Positions 26,573-36,439 of a stretch of DNA of 45,435 nucleotides are shown here, piece after piece. The position numbers and the translations under genes were made by a program. The DNA is from a virus (taxonomy: Duplodnaviria; Caudoviricetes), in IMG/VR virus record IMGVR_UViG_3300002546_000005, positions 1-45,435 of that record. One strand, 5' to 3'. Position 1 is the stretch's first letter. The number at the start of each line of letters is the position of its first letter. A model generated the notes under the pieces. It worked only from the letters and a program-made list of their open reading frames with translations. It was not told the DNA's origin and made no database searches.

Positions 26573-28813
26573 GTTTTTCACAATGATGTTACCTTTGTTT
26601 CTGTCGATAACGTATCCGAAATTCTTCACCCATCCTCTGACGGTGTTTTCGTGCGGCGGTTTTTTTCCGGCTGATGAATACCATTCAATGATATCTTTGA
26701 CCATCGGAGGTTCGCCAAAATTACAGTTATTCACGGCGTCTTCGAACTCTTCAGCCTTGCTCCTGCGTTCCTTTTTCGCTTTTTCTTTCCGTTTGCCTGT
26801 AGCCTTCTGCCACGGTGGTTTTTCACCCTCTGGATCAATATCCTTTAAGCTGCCTACTAGATCTACCTTATGTACGGGATACTGGAACCACATATTGACG
26901 GGGTCAAACTTTGGATACTCGCGCAACGTACCTTCCACGCGCCATGCAGAACGAATTCGGACGCTACGAATGACTCTATTGATTTCCAACATGATGTTCG
27001 TCATCTGTTCCGGGATTGCACGTTTGGCGTGGTCTTCCATGGCCTTAGCGCTGAGTTGATCATCCTGCGAAACATGCTCCTGCAGGTATGAAGGATTGAA
27101 CTTTTCAAAGAGTTGCTGATACATCGCACACACAGCCTTGTTCTCTTCTTGCATGAATAAAGCTTCCGTTACATCAAGTTCTACCAAATCAATTAGTGCG
27201 TCTGGATCACGAGCAAACACGCCTGAACCGCTTGCTCTATCCATTGATTTTTTACTGCCTTGTGAACCTTTAGAATGATGATGACAATAGATAACACTTG
27301 ACCCTAATTCAGTACACACCTTGTCGAACTGGTTCGTAAAGTGAGCCATCTGATCGGCGCTGTTTTCGTCGCCAGTCAGAACCTTGTAAATCGGATCAAT
27401 GATAATGGCAATATAATTCTTCTTCGCAGCACGCCGAATCAATTTTGGTGCCAACTTATCCATTGGTACGGACTTACCACGTAGGTTCCAGATATCGATC
27501 TTGTCGATATTTTTCGGTTGTAGCCCCAGCGCCTGATATACATCTTTGAAGCGATGTAATGCGCTAGCCCGGTCGAGTTCCAAATTGACATAGAGGACTT
27601 TGCCTTGCGAACATTGCCAGCCAACCCACTTGCTGCCCTCGGCAATGGCGATGCTCAGTTCGATTAATGCGAATGATTTACCGGCTTTCGAAGGTCCAGC
27701 CATCAACATTTTATGTCCTTGTCTTAGCACACCATGTATCAAGGGAGGAGCCAGATCCGGCATGTCATCCCAAAACTCAGTCAGGTTTTCAGGGTCAGGG
27801 AGATCGTCGTTGACTCCCTCAATCCATTCATACCATTCATTCCAATTACTTTTACCTATGTTCGTATCAATGATGAACTGTTTTTTTCCGTTACGTTCTA
27901 TTCCTGGCATGCGAGAAAGTCTGGAAGGATTTCTATTCTGATTGTCGATAGCCAATCCGTTTTTCTTACATACATTATAGAGATAATCGACTCGCTTCCT
28001 ATACTCTTCGTAGTTAGCTGCTTCGACTTTCACGATGGCGTGAAGACTCTTTTTTCCACTGAAAACTAATGCCGCAATAGGAAGCTCCAATTCTCTTATT
28101 ATGGCATTTTGTTTTTCTAGATCCATCGTGTCTGATTCAACCAAGGCATAGCGGAATTCTGTTACATTGTCATTTTTAACACCTTTACCATCGAGCGGGT
28201 TAAACCGGATCCATGCACCTGCTTCTGGATCATAGTCACCAAATACAGCCCCAACGTCCCCGCCCGATTCATTTAAAGCCTGAATGAGTTCGCCAGCTGT
28301 TCGATCCCAATTGCCCTTCGTTGGCAAATGTTTACCTTCATCATTCTTCCACGTCGATACAACATATCCAACGTTTTCAGATGCCTCAAACAACGTTTCT
28401 AGATATATGGTTAATTCACGCACCGGATTCCATAGAGCCGGTTCACTGATTTCCATTCCTTCAATCCAATTACTATCAATTACAACATATTCATCATGTC
28501 TAGATATTTCATCATTCCAGTCGAGCTCGTGATCATCTTTGTTAAATGAACGCGGCGTCCATCCATTGTCTTTAGCCATCTGTGTGATTGTCGCGCCCGT
28601 AACAGGCGTGCCAGATCCTTCGAATGATGTCCACTTGCGAAAACACTCTCCTGGATGGTAACGCGCTCTGTCTCGCTTGCTCCAATCGTCCCAATCGCTA
28701 GCTGTATACCCTTCGTATTTAAGCGCCATGCCTACAGATGTCCACTCTTGATAACTCAAGTAAGTTGGATCGATGTAATTTAACAATGCAATAAGATCTA
28801 ATTTGTGTTCCAT
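26543..28813 (-). CDS. Primase/helicase (PriCT-2 + AAA_25 RepA-like)
   Basis: YQEW..VGMALK, SGKKSLH, GPSKAGKS Walker A, IIIDP Walker B. Confidence 0.88.
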   Translation of the reverse strand: MEHKLDLIALLNYIDPTYLSYQEWTSVGMALKYEGYTASDWDDWSKRDRARYHPGECFRKWTSFEGSGTPVTGATITQMAKDNGWTPRSFNKDDHELDWNDEISRHDEYVVIDSNWIEGMEISEPALWNPVRELTIYLETLFEASENVGYVVSTWKNDEGKHLPTKGNWDRTAGELIQALNESGGDVGAVFGDYDPEAGAWIRFNPLDGKGVKNDNVTEFRYALVESDTMDLEKQNAIIRELELPIAALVFSGKKSLHAIVKVEAANYEEYRKRVDYLYNVCKKNGLAIDNQNRNPSRLSRMPGIERNGKKQFIIDTNIGKSNWNEWYEWIEGVNDDLPDPENLTEFWDDMPDLAPPLIHGVLRQGHKMLMAGPSKAGKSFALIELSIAIAEGSKWVGWQCSQGKVLYVNLELDRASALHRFKDVYQALGLQPKNIDKIDIWNLRGKSVPMDKLAPKLIRRAAKKNYIAIIIDPIYKVLTGDENSADQMAHFTNQFDKVCTELGSSVIYCHHHSKGSQGSKKSMDRASGSGVFARDPDALIDLVELDVTEALFMQEENKAVCAMYQQLFEKFNPSYLQEHVSQDDQLSAKAMEDHAKRAIPEQMTNIMLEINRVIRSVRIRSAWRVEGTLREYPKFDPVNMWFQYPVHKVDLVGSLKDIDPEGEKPPWQKATGKRKEKAKKERRSKAEEFEDAVNNCNFGEPPMVKDIIEWYSSAGKKPPHENTVRGWVKNFGYVIDRNKGNIIVKNNNDDHDFVE

Positions 28814-28844
28814 ATGTTTTCGCCTTTCTCAAAAAAAAGTACTT

Positions 28845-29663
28845 TCAGAACAAGCTCATTTGCCGCTGTTTAATCCGATCTGCTGCCACTGGGTTGATCC
28901 AAAGGACTTCTGTTCTGGGCTTCCCCTGTTCCGCTTGCACGATTCTCGTCTCTCGATGCCAATGTCGGAGACGTTCGTTATACATTGGATGAGCATATCC
29001 AGATAGCAAAACTGGTCCCGGATGAACGTCTAAAACTTCAAGCAGTTCGAGATGATCCGCTTCCGTCATTTCGTGCCGATACATCCGATTATTCCGAGTC
29101 GAAAGGATATAAGGCGGGTCACAGTAAATAAGGACTTCACGAAGGTTATAACGCTGGATGACTTGGACCGCCGGTTGATTTTCGATTTGAACTAATTCCA
29201 GTCGTTCCGCCGCTACGAGTATTTTTCGAGGTACATCCTTCCACTGTTCCGGCGGATGCGGATCGATTGCACGTCGCACATTTTTCCAACCGGTCCGGTC
29301 CGATGTTTTTGCCCCGATAGCCATCCAACAGCGAACCAGGAAACGCCGTGCTCTCTCCATGCTATCCAACTCCCCCCCCCCGTTTGTTTGGTAAGAGTTG
29401 TAATATTCTTCACGGCTATAAGGTGTCCAACGTACTAAATTTGCCAACTTCTCAGGGTGCTCCCGTATCATACGGAACAAGTTAACCACATCCCCATCCA
29501 AGTCGTTTACTGTTTCCAACGGCCCCCGAGGTTTATTGAACAGCACTGCACCGGAGCCGAAGAACGGCTCCAAGTACGTTGTATGCGGCGGCATATGGTC
29601 GATAATCCATTTGGCCATACTCCACTTGCTTCCAGGGTAATGTAGTATTCTTGGTACGGACAA
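28845..29663 (-). CDS. DNA adenine methyltransferase (Dam/D12 class)
   Basis: YPGSK, EPFFGSGAV, ND, DPPY; contains a G10 tract. Confidence 0.92.
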   Translation of the reverse strand: MSVPRILHYPGSKWSMAKWIIDHMPPHTTYLEPFFGSGAVLFNKPRGPLETVNDLDGDVVNLFRMIREHPEKLANLVRWTPYSREEYYNSYQTNGGGELDSMERARRFLVRCWMAIGAKTSDRTGWKNVRRAIDPHPPEQWKDVPRKILVAAERLELVQIENQPAVQVIQRYNLREVLIYCDPPYILSTRNNRMYRHEMTEADHLELLEVLDVHPGPVLLSGYAHPMYNERLRHWHRETRIVQAEQGKPRTEVLWINPVAADRIKQRQMSLF

Positions 29664-29686
29664 TTTCGTCACCACTTTCGATATAA

Positions 29687-31267
29687 TTACTCCCCTCGAT
29701 ACTCTTTTGGATTTATTTCTGACGGTATTCTCCATCCATTCCCCGCAATCCGATCAATCAATCGTTTAGCTGTCTCAAACAACCAGGTTCCCACATGTTC
29801 AAAGCCGCGACCTTCAAGGAATCGGATCTGTTTTGGTGTAGTTAATCCTTCCGTTCGCCGCTTATCAAGTCGTTCCAGTAACTTTGTTGCTTTGCCGGCG
29901 TTGTCGATCTGATCTGGCAAAATGCCTAGTTTCTCCAGCGTCTGCAACTGCTTTTCACTCGGCGGTGCCATTTCCCATCCGAAGCTCGGCACATAGCTAG
30001 ATAGATCTTCCGCCTGAATGCTCATTTCGAACTGCAATGGATCCACTAGCTTACGTTTACGGCTTTTCATTTCCTGTAATTGTTTAGCTAAAGCTTCTTC
30101 ACGCTGTGCAATGACATCCTCAGCTGCTGTTTTTTCAACTTCTTCGAGATCAAGCGGCATACCAGCCTCTTCAATCTGTTTGGTCATCGCTTGAGCCACT
30201 TCTTCATTTTCTGCAATAAGATGTGCCGGGTGACAAAGCTCATGACGATCTGTATGCCACAGGAAATCAAGCAATAACAATTCAGTCTTCCCCGGGTGAA
30301 GCCGGGTACCACGGCCAACCATCTGGCTATAAAGAGAACGTATTTTTGTTGGCCGCAATACAACAATACAATCAACACTTGGGGAGTCCCATCCTTCTGT
30401 GAGCAGCATCGAATTGCATAATACGTTGTATTTACCCTGGTCGAAGTCGGCTAATTTTTCTGCGCGATCTTTTGATTCGCCATTTACTTCTACTGCCCGA
30501 AACCCGACTGAATTCAGGATGTTGGTGAATTTCTGGCTGGTCTTGACGAGCGGAAGAAAAACAACAATCTTTCTATCTTGAGCCACTTTCATCATTTCTC
30601 CTGCTATCGAATCCAGATAAGGATCAAGTGCTGTACCTAAATCACTGCTCTTAAAATCTCCTGCTTGTTGGCCAACACTTGTTAAATCCAATTTCAGCGG
30701 GATTGTCAGCGCCTTTATAGGACTGAGATAGCCCTCTTTAATTGCTTTTGGCAACGAGTACTCATAAGCTAAGCTTTCAAAATACGATCCTAGATTACGC
30801 ATATCACCACGGTCTGGCGTAGCTGTTACCCCTAACACATTGGCTGATTCAAAGTAGTTTAATACACGCTGATAGCTGTCTGAAATACAATGATGGGCTT
30901 CGTCAACGATAATCGTGTCAAAGAAGTTTTTGCCGAACTGTTCGAGGCGTTTTTCTCGCATCATCGTTTGAACGCTGCCAACAACTACTCGGTACCAGCT
31001 GCCGATCGATGTCTGTTCAGCCTTCTCTGTTGCACATTTCAAACCAGTAGATTTTTCCAACTTGTCTGCAGCTTGATCAAGTAGTTCGCCACGATGGGCT
31101 AGGACGAGCACCCGCTCGCCCTCTCTCACCCGATCTTCGATGACTTTGCTGAACACGATCGTTTTGCCTGTCCCTGTTGGTAACACAAGAAGTGTTTTCT
31201 TTATACCTTTTTTCCATTCGTTTTGGATGGATTGTCGCGCTTTTTGTTGATAGTCTCTAAGTTCCAT
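29687..31267 (-). CDS. SF2 DEAH helicase
   Basis: PTGTGKT, DEAHH, TATP, QMVGRGTR. Confidence 0.93.
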   Translation of the reverse strand: MELRDYQQKARQSIQNEWKKGIKKTLLVLPTGTGKTIVFSKVIEDRVREGERVLVLAHRGELLDQAADKLEKSTGLKCATEKAEQTSIGSWYRVVVGSVQTMMREKRLEQFGKNFFDTIIVDEAHHCISDSYQRVLNYFESANVLGVTATPDRGDMRNLGSYFESLAYEYSLPKAIKEGYLSPIKALTIPLKLDLTSVGQQAGDFKSSDLGTALDPYLDSIAGEMMKVAQDRKIVVFLPLVKTSQKFTNILNSVGFRAVEVNGESKDRAEKLADFDQGKYNVLCNSMLLTEGWDSPSVDCIVVLRPTKIRSLYSQMVGRGTRLHPGKTELLLLDFLWHTDRHELCHPAHLIAENEEVAQAMTKQIEEAGMPLDLEEVEKTAAEDVIAQREEALAKQLQEMKSRKRKLVDPLQFEMSIQAEDLSSYVPSFGWEMAPPSEKQLQTLEKLGILPDQIDNAGKATKLLERLDKRRTEGLTTPKQIRFLEGRGFEHVGTWLFETAKRLIDRIAGNGWRIPSEINPKEYRGE

Positions 31268-31276
31268 CACGACCTC

Positions 31277-31771
31277 CTAAAACTGACCCGGCGTAAACCC
31301 TCCGCCGTTTTGCTGACCTGGGAATGGCTGTTGATGTTTGGGCAATTCATCAGCGGCGTAAAAAGTTTTGACTTGATTATTGGTACGTTCTTGTCCATCT
31401 CTGCCAGTGAATTTATTAATCTCTAATTTTAATTTCCCTTTTGAGCCCACCACTGCGTTCCAATTCATGCGCAGCTTTTCTCCTTTTTTCTTTTGACCAA
31501 TGCCGGCAAAGAAGTTGGACAACACCCCTTCTGTCTTCGTATGCAAGAAAAGATTATGAAAAACTGTCACGTCTCCATTCTCTGGTGAATGAACAGTTAG
31601 TTCTAATTTTGCTTGATTGCAGGCTGGCATTTTATCACTGCCGGCGAACCGACCCCGTTCAAACTTAGTTACCGTAAAATCGTAATCACCTGCAGGTAGG
31701 ACAATAAAGTCCCCGCCATCTTTTTCAATCATGTCATCCCAACCTAATTCTCTTTCTGTGTTTTGATTCAT
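31277..31771 (-). CDS. Single-strand DNA-binding protein (DUF669-like)
   Basis: LPAGDYDF.V; follows Sak4; flexible tail ending in F. Confidence 0.75.
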   Translation of the reverse strand: MNQNTERELGWDDMIEKDGGDFIVLPAGDYDFTVTKFERGRFAGSDKMPACNQAKLELTVHSPENGDVTVFHNLFLHTKTEGVLSNFFAGIGQKKKGEKLRMNWNAVVGSKGKLKLEINKFTGRDGQERTNNQVKTFYAADELPKHQQPFPGQQNGGGFTPGQF

Positions 31772-31789
31772 GTGTTATTCCTCCTAATG

Positions 31790-32011
31790 TCAGTCTAGTA
31801 AATCAAATTCAGTGATCCAGCCTTTCTGGCTTTCTACACCAACAACTTCTGGATTTTCAAAAAATACATGATTATTAATAGCATAAGGAATGAACTCCTT
31901 ATCAACTAAATGCTGTGAAGCTGATCTATATGACTTGAAAATACTATCAATATAAACTTCATAATCGCCATATTCCTGACCATTATCAACTTGAACGACA
32001 AACACTTTCAC
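31790..32011 (-). CDS. Hypothetical protein (inserted gene)
   Basis: ORF with GGAGG RBS; AT-rich. Confidence 0.65.
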   Translation of the reverse strand: MKVFVVQVDNGQEYGDYEVYIDSIFKSYRSASQHLVDKEFIPYAINNHVFFENPEVVGVESQKGWITEFDLLD

Positions 32012-32034
32012 GTTTTATTCCTCCCGTTTTAATT

Positions 32035-33096
32035 TTATGAAAATGGAACTTCACTTCGCGTCGCTTGGATTAAGTCAAACACCTTCGACCATGCTGCCAC
32101 TAACACGCCATCAATGAAACTAGGATCGTAATTGGTGATCGGTGTATCTGCTGGATAATACCCTTTCTGGCTAACAACCGTCTGAATCTCCCATTCTTGG
32201 ACTTGGTGTTGTGTCATTAAATCACGCAAAGCACGTGGGATATTCGAATCCAGCTCTTTTCCTTGAGATAACAACGATGCTTGTGTTTCTACCGTCGATG
32301 GGGCTGGGTCTGCTTCCGCTTCTGCTGGTATAGATGGTGGCTGAGCCGTTGGTACAGTAGAAGATGCAGATCTCGCAAAGATATGGGCAATCTGCGCATA
32401 ATCAAGTGGAAACTCATCAGGTAGACCATGACGGTTCTTGGCGTCCCAAGCTGGATGATGCGTGGCATATACAGTACGAACGCCGCCTTGTCCTTTGTGT
32501 TTGCGCCCCTTATCGTCCACGGCAACACTGAATGTCTTGTAATTGATGAATAAGACCATATCAGCCCATTCCTTTACGAGTGGTGCCGTCTGCGAACTCG
32601 TTTTCTTGCCTAACTTCAATTGATAACGATCATATGAACCCATTTCGTCAGGCTGTTCAAACTTAACAATTTGAGCATGAGCCACTAATACGACATTAAT
32701 CCCAGCATCAGTGACATCACTTAAAAGATTTAAGAAACGACCGAATTCTTCTTTTGTATAAACGTAGCCATTTCCATAGCCGAAGTCCTCGATCCCTTTC
32801 TTGTTGTGACTTGAGCAGACGCTTTCTACACATAGCATTTCTGCCCAATCTATGGTATCGATTACGAGCGTACCGAAGCGCCCAACTTGCTGTTTTACCC
32901 ACCCTATTTGCTGTTTGAGCATTTCCCAGCTAGTCGGCTTTGGTAGACGATCGACATCCATTTCTGTCGTTGATCCTTCAGTATCAATGAAAATAGGATT
33001 TGGGAACTGTGCGGCCAACGATGATTTTCCAATACCTTCAGGTCCGTACAAAACCACTTTTTTTGCTTTAGTTACTTTTCCACTGACTACTTGCAT
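32035..33096 (-). CDS. Sak4-like AAA ATPase recombinase (AAA_24)
   Basis: YGPEGIGKS, IDTEGS, VIDTIDW, AKNR. Confidence 0.85.
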   Translation of the reverse strand: MQVVSGKVTKAKKVVLYGPEGIGKSSLAAQFPNPIFIDTEGSTTEMDVDRLPKPTSWEMLKQQIGWVKQQVGRFGTLVIDTIDWAEMLCVESVCSSHNKKGIEDFGYGNGYVYTKEEFGRFLNLLSDVTDAGINVVLVAHAQIVKFEQPDEMGSYDRYQLKLGKKTSSQTAPLVKEWADMVLFINYKTFSVAVDDKGRKHKGQGGVRTVYATHHPAWDAKNRHGLPDEFPLDYAQIAHIFARSASSTVPTAQPPSIPAEAEADPAPSTVETQASLLSQGKELDSNIPRALRDLMTQHQVQEWEIQTVVSQKGYYPADTPITNYDPSFIDGVLVAAWSKVFDLIQATRSEVPFS

Positions 33097-34406
33097 TAAA
33101 ACTCACCCGCTTTCCATGATGGCCCAGGATCGATTTCACCCGGCGGTTGTTGTAACGTAACGCCTTCCTGCCCAACAACATAACCGTCCTGGATCAGGAT
33201 ACTGCACTCTTCACCCGTGCTAACTCGTGTAGCAATCGCCTGCAGACCTTCCCGCTCTAACCATTGTCCGAATTCACGTAATGTTTCCAAATCCATCTGT
33301 TCCAACTTGTCAAGAAGGATGAAACCACAATTCGGTTTAAGCTTGCGCACAATAGCTGTGGAGACTTTAAGCTGATCAGTTCCACTCATGTTGTCCCACT
33401 TCTGACCGTTGTAAATGAGCTCGCCATCCTCAACCGATAACCCTTCAAGTGGTAAAGCAGCGTTCGTAAGGAGATCGGATTTCTGTTTTCGAACTTCATT
33501 AATTCCTGCAGTTAGTTTGTCATATTGAGCCCTGTAGTCACTGGAATCAGTTTCTGCCTTATCCTTATCCAAATTCGTTCTAACTTTTCGATTGATTTCA
33601 TCGATCTGTTGAATATTGCGTTCTAGTTCCTCTGTTGATTCATCATGTAGATCAATCGCGGACTTTTGGGCGGTTTCTAAATCACTTCCTGTTTGTGCAT
33701 ATAGTTCCTTAGCTTTATTTAGCTTAGACATCAGTCGTTCAATCTCTTGTCCCTGGCTTGCATACAAGGCTTGTATTTGCGCCAACCGTTGCCGCTTACG
33801 ATTATTCTCGCCGTTTCTAGCGAGGATCTCTTGTTGCTGCTGAATCAGACTAGATGCAGATACAGGCTCTTTCGGAGCGTCGGGGTAGTAGGTTTGCTCC
33901 TTTGCGAACTTTTCTTTCTGATCAGCTATTTGTCCGATCGTGTGGCGTTGATTATATATCTCCTGTTCCTTCATCTCTAATTCGTGTAATTTGTTCCCAA
34001 CGCCAATGATTTTAAGCAAAATATTTGCCTTTTCTTTATTGTTAGAATTCATAAACTTAGGTAAATCAATGGCCAACTCTTCCACAAAACTATCTAGCAG
34101 CTGTTGCCCTCCCTTCTCGCCATTTGGATCGATTACTTTCAAATCTGAGTTCTTACCTTTACGTTCGACGATCAATCCATTAGATAGAACAATATGCAAA
34201 TTCGGCGGAATAACGCTGCCTTCTCTTGAGGCCTGGCTAGGACGGTATTTGTTACCGCCTAAACCCCAAGCAATCGCATCTAGTACACTGGTTTTCCCCT
34301 GGTTGTTCTTGCCCCCCACTATTGTTAATCCGTTGGCAGTAGGCTCAATCTTAACAGCTTTGACTCGTTTGATATTTTCTATTTCAAGCTTATTAATTTT
34401 AATCAT
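33096..34406 (-). CDS. SMC/Rad50-like AAA ATPase
   Basis: GKNNQGKTS, long coiled coil, ILLDKLE. Confidence 0.85.
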   Translation of the reverse strand: MIKINKLEIENIKRVKAVKIEPTANGLTIVGGKNNQGKTSVLDAIAWGLGGNKYRPSQASREGSVIPPNLHIVLSNGLIVERKGKNSDLKVIDPNGEKGGQQLLDSFVEELAIDLPKFMNSNNKEKANILLKIIGVGNKLHELEMKEQEIYNQRHTIGQIADQKEKFAKEQTYYPDAPKEPVSASSLIQQQQEILARNGENNRKRQRLAQIQALYASQGQEIERLMSKLNKAKELYAQTGSDLETAQKSAIDLHDESTEELERNIQQIDEINRKVRTNLDKDKAETDSSDYRAQYDKLTAGINEVRKQKSDLLTNAALPLEGLSVEDGELIYNGQKWDNMSGTDQLKVSTAIVRKLKPNCGFILLDKLEQMDLETLREFGQWLEREGLQAIATRVSTGEECSILIQDGYVVGQEGVTLQQPPGEIDPGPSWKAGEF

Positions 34407-34410
34407 TTGT

Positions 34411-34599
34411 CTACCTTCTTCCCCTTTTTTTCTTATCTTTGTATCGAGAGATGAGCTCTAAATCTTCTGCCATGAAGTAGGCAGTTTCGCCATGATCTAG
34501 TTTTACTTTGCACCAATCCCGAGCAATTCCCCATGTATCAATGATTTCTCCTGTTTCTTTTAACTTTGTCTTGACTATATCGCCTTTGAAATAAATCAT
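34411..34599 (-). CDS. Small SH3-like hypothetical protein
   Basis: FKGDIVKTK...G.I. Confidence 0.6.
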   Translation of the reverse strand: MIYFKGDIVKTKLKETGEIIDTWGIARDWCKVKLDHGETAYFMAEDLELISRYKDKKKRGRR

Positions 34600-34765
34600 G
34601 CGTCAACTCCTTCTCGTTCCTCCTTTTCCCGTTTCGTTTGGTAGCATGGTACGGGCACACATAAGGATTAGCCTGATTAAACTTGCTAACTTGCCACGTT
34701 GAGCCACATATCACGCATTTTTTATAATTAACGGTAGAACTCATGGTTCTCGACCGTTGAAACAT
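34538..34765 (-). CDS. Small zinc-binding hypothetical protein
   Basis: CVIC...CPYH; start uncertain. Confidence 0.5.
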   Translation of the reverse strand: MFQRSRTMSSTVNYKKCVICGSTWQVSKFNQANPYVCPYHATKRNGKRRNEKELTHDLFQRRYSQDKVKRNRRNH

Positions 34766-34870
34766 AAGTCAAACTACGCATCCAGTCCCGGCTCTTTTCG
34801 CTTGCATGGACTGGGTTCATAAAGAATAGCGCGTCTGTCACGCTGCCGCTTTGGATTATTTCCTCTGCGG

Positions 34871-35131
34871 CTAAAACCGAATCCTGACTAGCTGTTTTTC
34901 TAGCAACTCTATCTGCTGATCACTTATCGCTAGATCTGCTTCAAGTAACAATATTCGGGCTTCTAATAGAGCTATACGCCCCTTTAGCAAAGCATTTTGA
35001 TTTTCAACTGCTTCGTTATACACATCGTTCGCTTTGACAGCCTCGCTGTAGGCTATGATATAAACTCCGGCTATGAATGCTATAAGCAACACAAACTTCG
35101 TTATATTAACTGCGATTTTCAACTTCATCAC
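34871..35131 (-). CDS. Membrane-anchored coiled-coil protein
   Basis: N-terminal TM helix then leucine heptads. Confidence 0.65.
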   Translation of the reverse strand: MMKLKIAVNITKFVLLIAFIAGVYIIAYSEAVKANDVYNEAVENQNALLKGRIALLEARILLLEADLAISDQQIELLEKQLVRIRF

Positions 35132-35844
35132 TCCTTCGTTTCTTCCAACGTCACAGTAACTTCTCTGAAACGAAGGCGGATATATTGGATAAGTACCAAG
35201 TATTCTTCAGCGTAGCGACTGCCACCATGTCGATTGCGAACGGCTCCTTCAAACTGATCCAACGTTCCTTGGAAGCAACCCCGGGTAACTTCGATTTCTC
35301 CTGTTTTGATGGTGTACGCAGTAAGTGTGCCGTTTTCGGAACCAACTGAGCTGAACCAGGCTATGTGTTTTCGCGACTCCACCCATGCATCGCCGAACAC
35401 CCCTGCATCGCCGAACACCTCTGCATTGCCGGACACCCATGCATTGCCGGACACCCTTGCATCGCCGAACACCCTTGCATCGCCGAACACCTCTGCATTG
35501 CCGGACACCCTTGCATCGCCGAACACCTCTGCATCGCCGGACACCCTTGCATCGCCGAACACCTCTGCATTGCCGGACACCCTTGCATCGCCGAACACCT
35601 CTGCATTGCCGGACACCCTTGCATTGCCGGACACCCTTGCATCGCCGAACACCTCTGCATTGCCGGACACCCATGCATTGCCGGACACCCATGCATTGCC
35701 GTCCTGGCTCAAATTGTCCTCTGATGTAACCCAACCTCCGAGCTCGTCTTCCTCAACATCACCAAACTCCCTGATAGCTTTTATCTGATACAAGGTGATC
35801 CCTAAAAACTCTTTTGTAACCTCAGTCAATACAAACTTTTTCAT
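35128..35844 (-). CDS. Hexapeptide-repeat (left-handed beta-helix-like) phage protein
   Basis: 18 x G[ND]A[WRE]V[SF]; GGW...E.NL N-flank and GCF.GT C-flank; AGGAGG RBS. Confidence 0.85.
   Translation of the reverse strand: MKKFVLTEVTKEFLGITLYQIKAIREFGDVEEDELGGWVTSEDNLSQDGNAWVSGNAWVSGNAEVFGDARVSGNARVSGNAEVFGDARVSGNAEVFGDARVSGDAEVFGDARVSGNAEVFGDARVFGDARVSGNAWVSGNAEVFGDAGVFGDAWVESRKHIAWFSSVGSENGTLTAYTIKTGEIEVTRGCFQGTLDQFEGAVRNRHGGSRYAEEYLVLIQYIRLRFREVTVTLEETKE
35377..35700. repeat. 18-bp tandem repeat, ~18 near-identical units
   Basis: GCAT(C/T)GCCG(A/G)ACACC units read directly. Confidence 0.95.
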
Positions 35845-35862
35845 AATCTATCAACCTCCTAT

Positions 35863-35960
35863 TTGATTTTTTGAGGGCTGCCATGTTAATATGTAAGTAA
35901 GTAGAAATTGTTTGGCAACCCTTTGATAACTCGCACCGCCATGCGAGTTATTTTATTTTT
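35863..35960 (+). ncRNA. Possible short antisense RNA with its own promoter and terminator
   Basis: TTGATT-18-TAATAT with TG, then TAACTCGCA/TGCGAGTTA hairpin + T-run about 60 nt later. Confidence 0.4.
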
Positions 35961-36199
35961 ATACCTAAGTCTCTTAACACGTCTGTCCAAACTTGCTTTA
36001 CTTCTTCTGTGCAATGAGCCATGGCATCTTCCCAAGTTGGCCATCTTCCGTTGTCGTTGAAAAATTTATATTGATAAAATAAGCTCTGCTGATCATGCGG
36101 CTTATCTGCATCATGCTCCTTAGCACATTCAGGACACGTTCCAGTCTGTGCGGGCATCATGTTAAATCCGCCTAAATGTTTACCTTTGATCTGTTCCAC
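35948..36199 (-). CDS. Small Cys/His-rich hypothetical protein
   Basis: CPEC..EH....PH, RWPTW.DAMAHC. Confidence 0.7.
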   Translation of the reverse strand: MEQIKGKHLGGFNMMPAQTGTCPECAKEHDADKPHDQQSLFYQYKFFNDNGRWPTWEDAMAHCTEEVKQVWTDVLRDLGIKIK

Positions 36200-36202
36200 A
36201 GT

Positions 36203-36421
36203 TTACTCCCCCTCTTCTGCGTCTCTGTACTTTACAACTACAGGACAACGTTTGATTTCAACGATAACTTCATCTTCAGCGTCCCAAATTTGATAATTGC
36301 CCTCGTACTCGGTGATATCGGCTATCTTCACTCCTGAAACGAATCCGCCTAGCCGGAATATGTCTGGACCGCTCAAATGTTGATGGATAACCTCTACTGA
36401 CTCTATGACTCTATGTTTCAT
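36203..36421 (-). CDS. Hypothetical protein
   Basis: ORF with GGAGG RBS, in operon. Confidence 0.65.
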   Translation of the reverse strand: MKHRVIESVEVIHQHLSGPDIFRLGGFVSGVKIADITEYEGNYQIWDAEDEVIVEIKRCPVVVKYRDAEEGE

Positions 36422-36439
36422 TGCTTTTGCCTCCCTCTA

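Noticed and set aside
791-34461. Numerous + strand ORFs opposite structural and replication genes (e.g. 791-1219, 22468-22851, 26568-27059, 33991-34461)
   Set aside because: Antisense shadows of well-supported - strand genes, with no RBS or recognisable motifs
35249-35788. Cys/His/Arg-rich proteins in the five alternative frames of the 18-bp repeat
   Set aside because: By-products of a stop-free repeat unit; only 35128-35844 has an RBS and sensible non-repeat flanks
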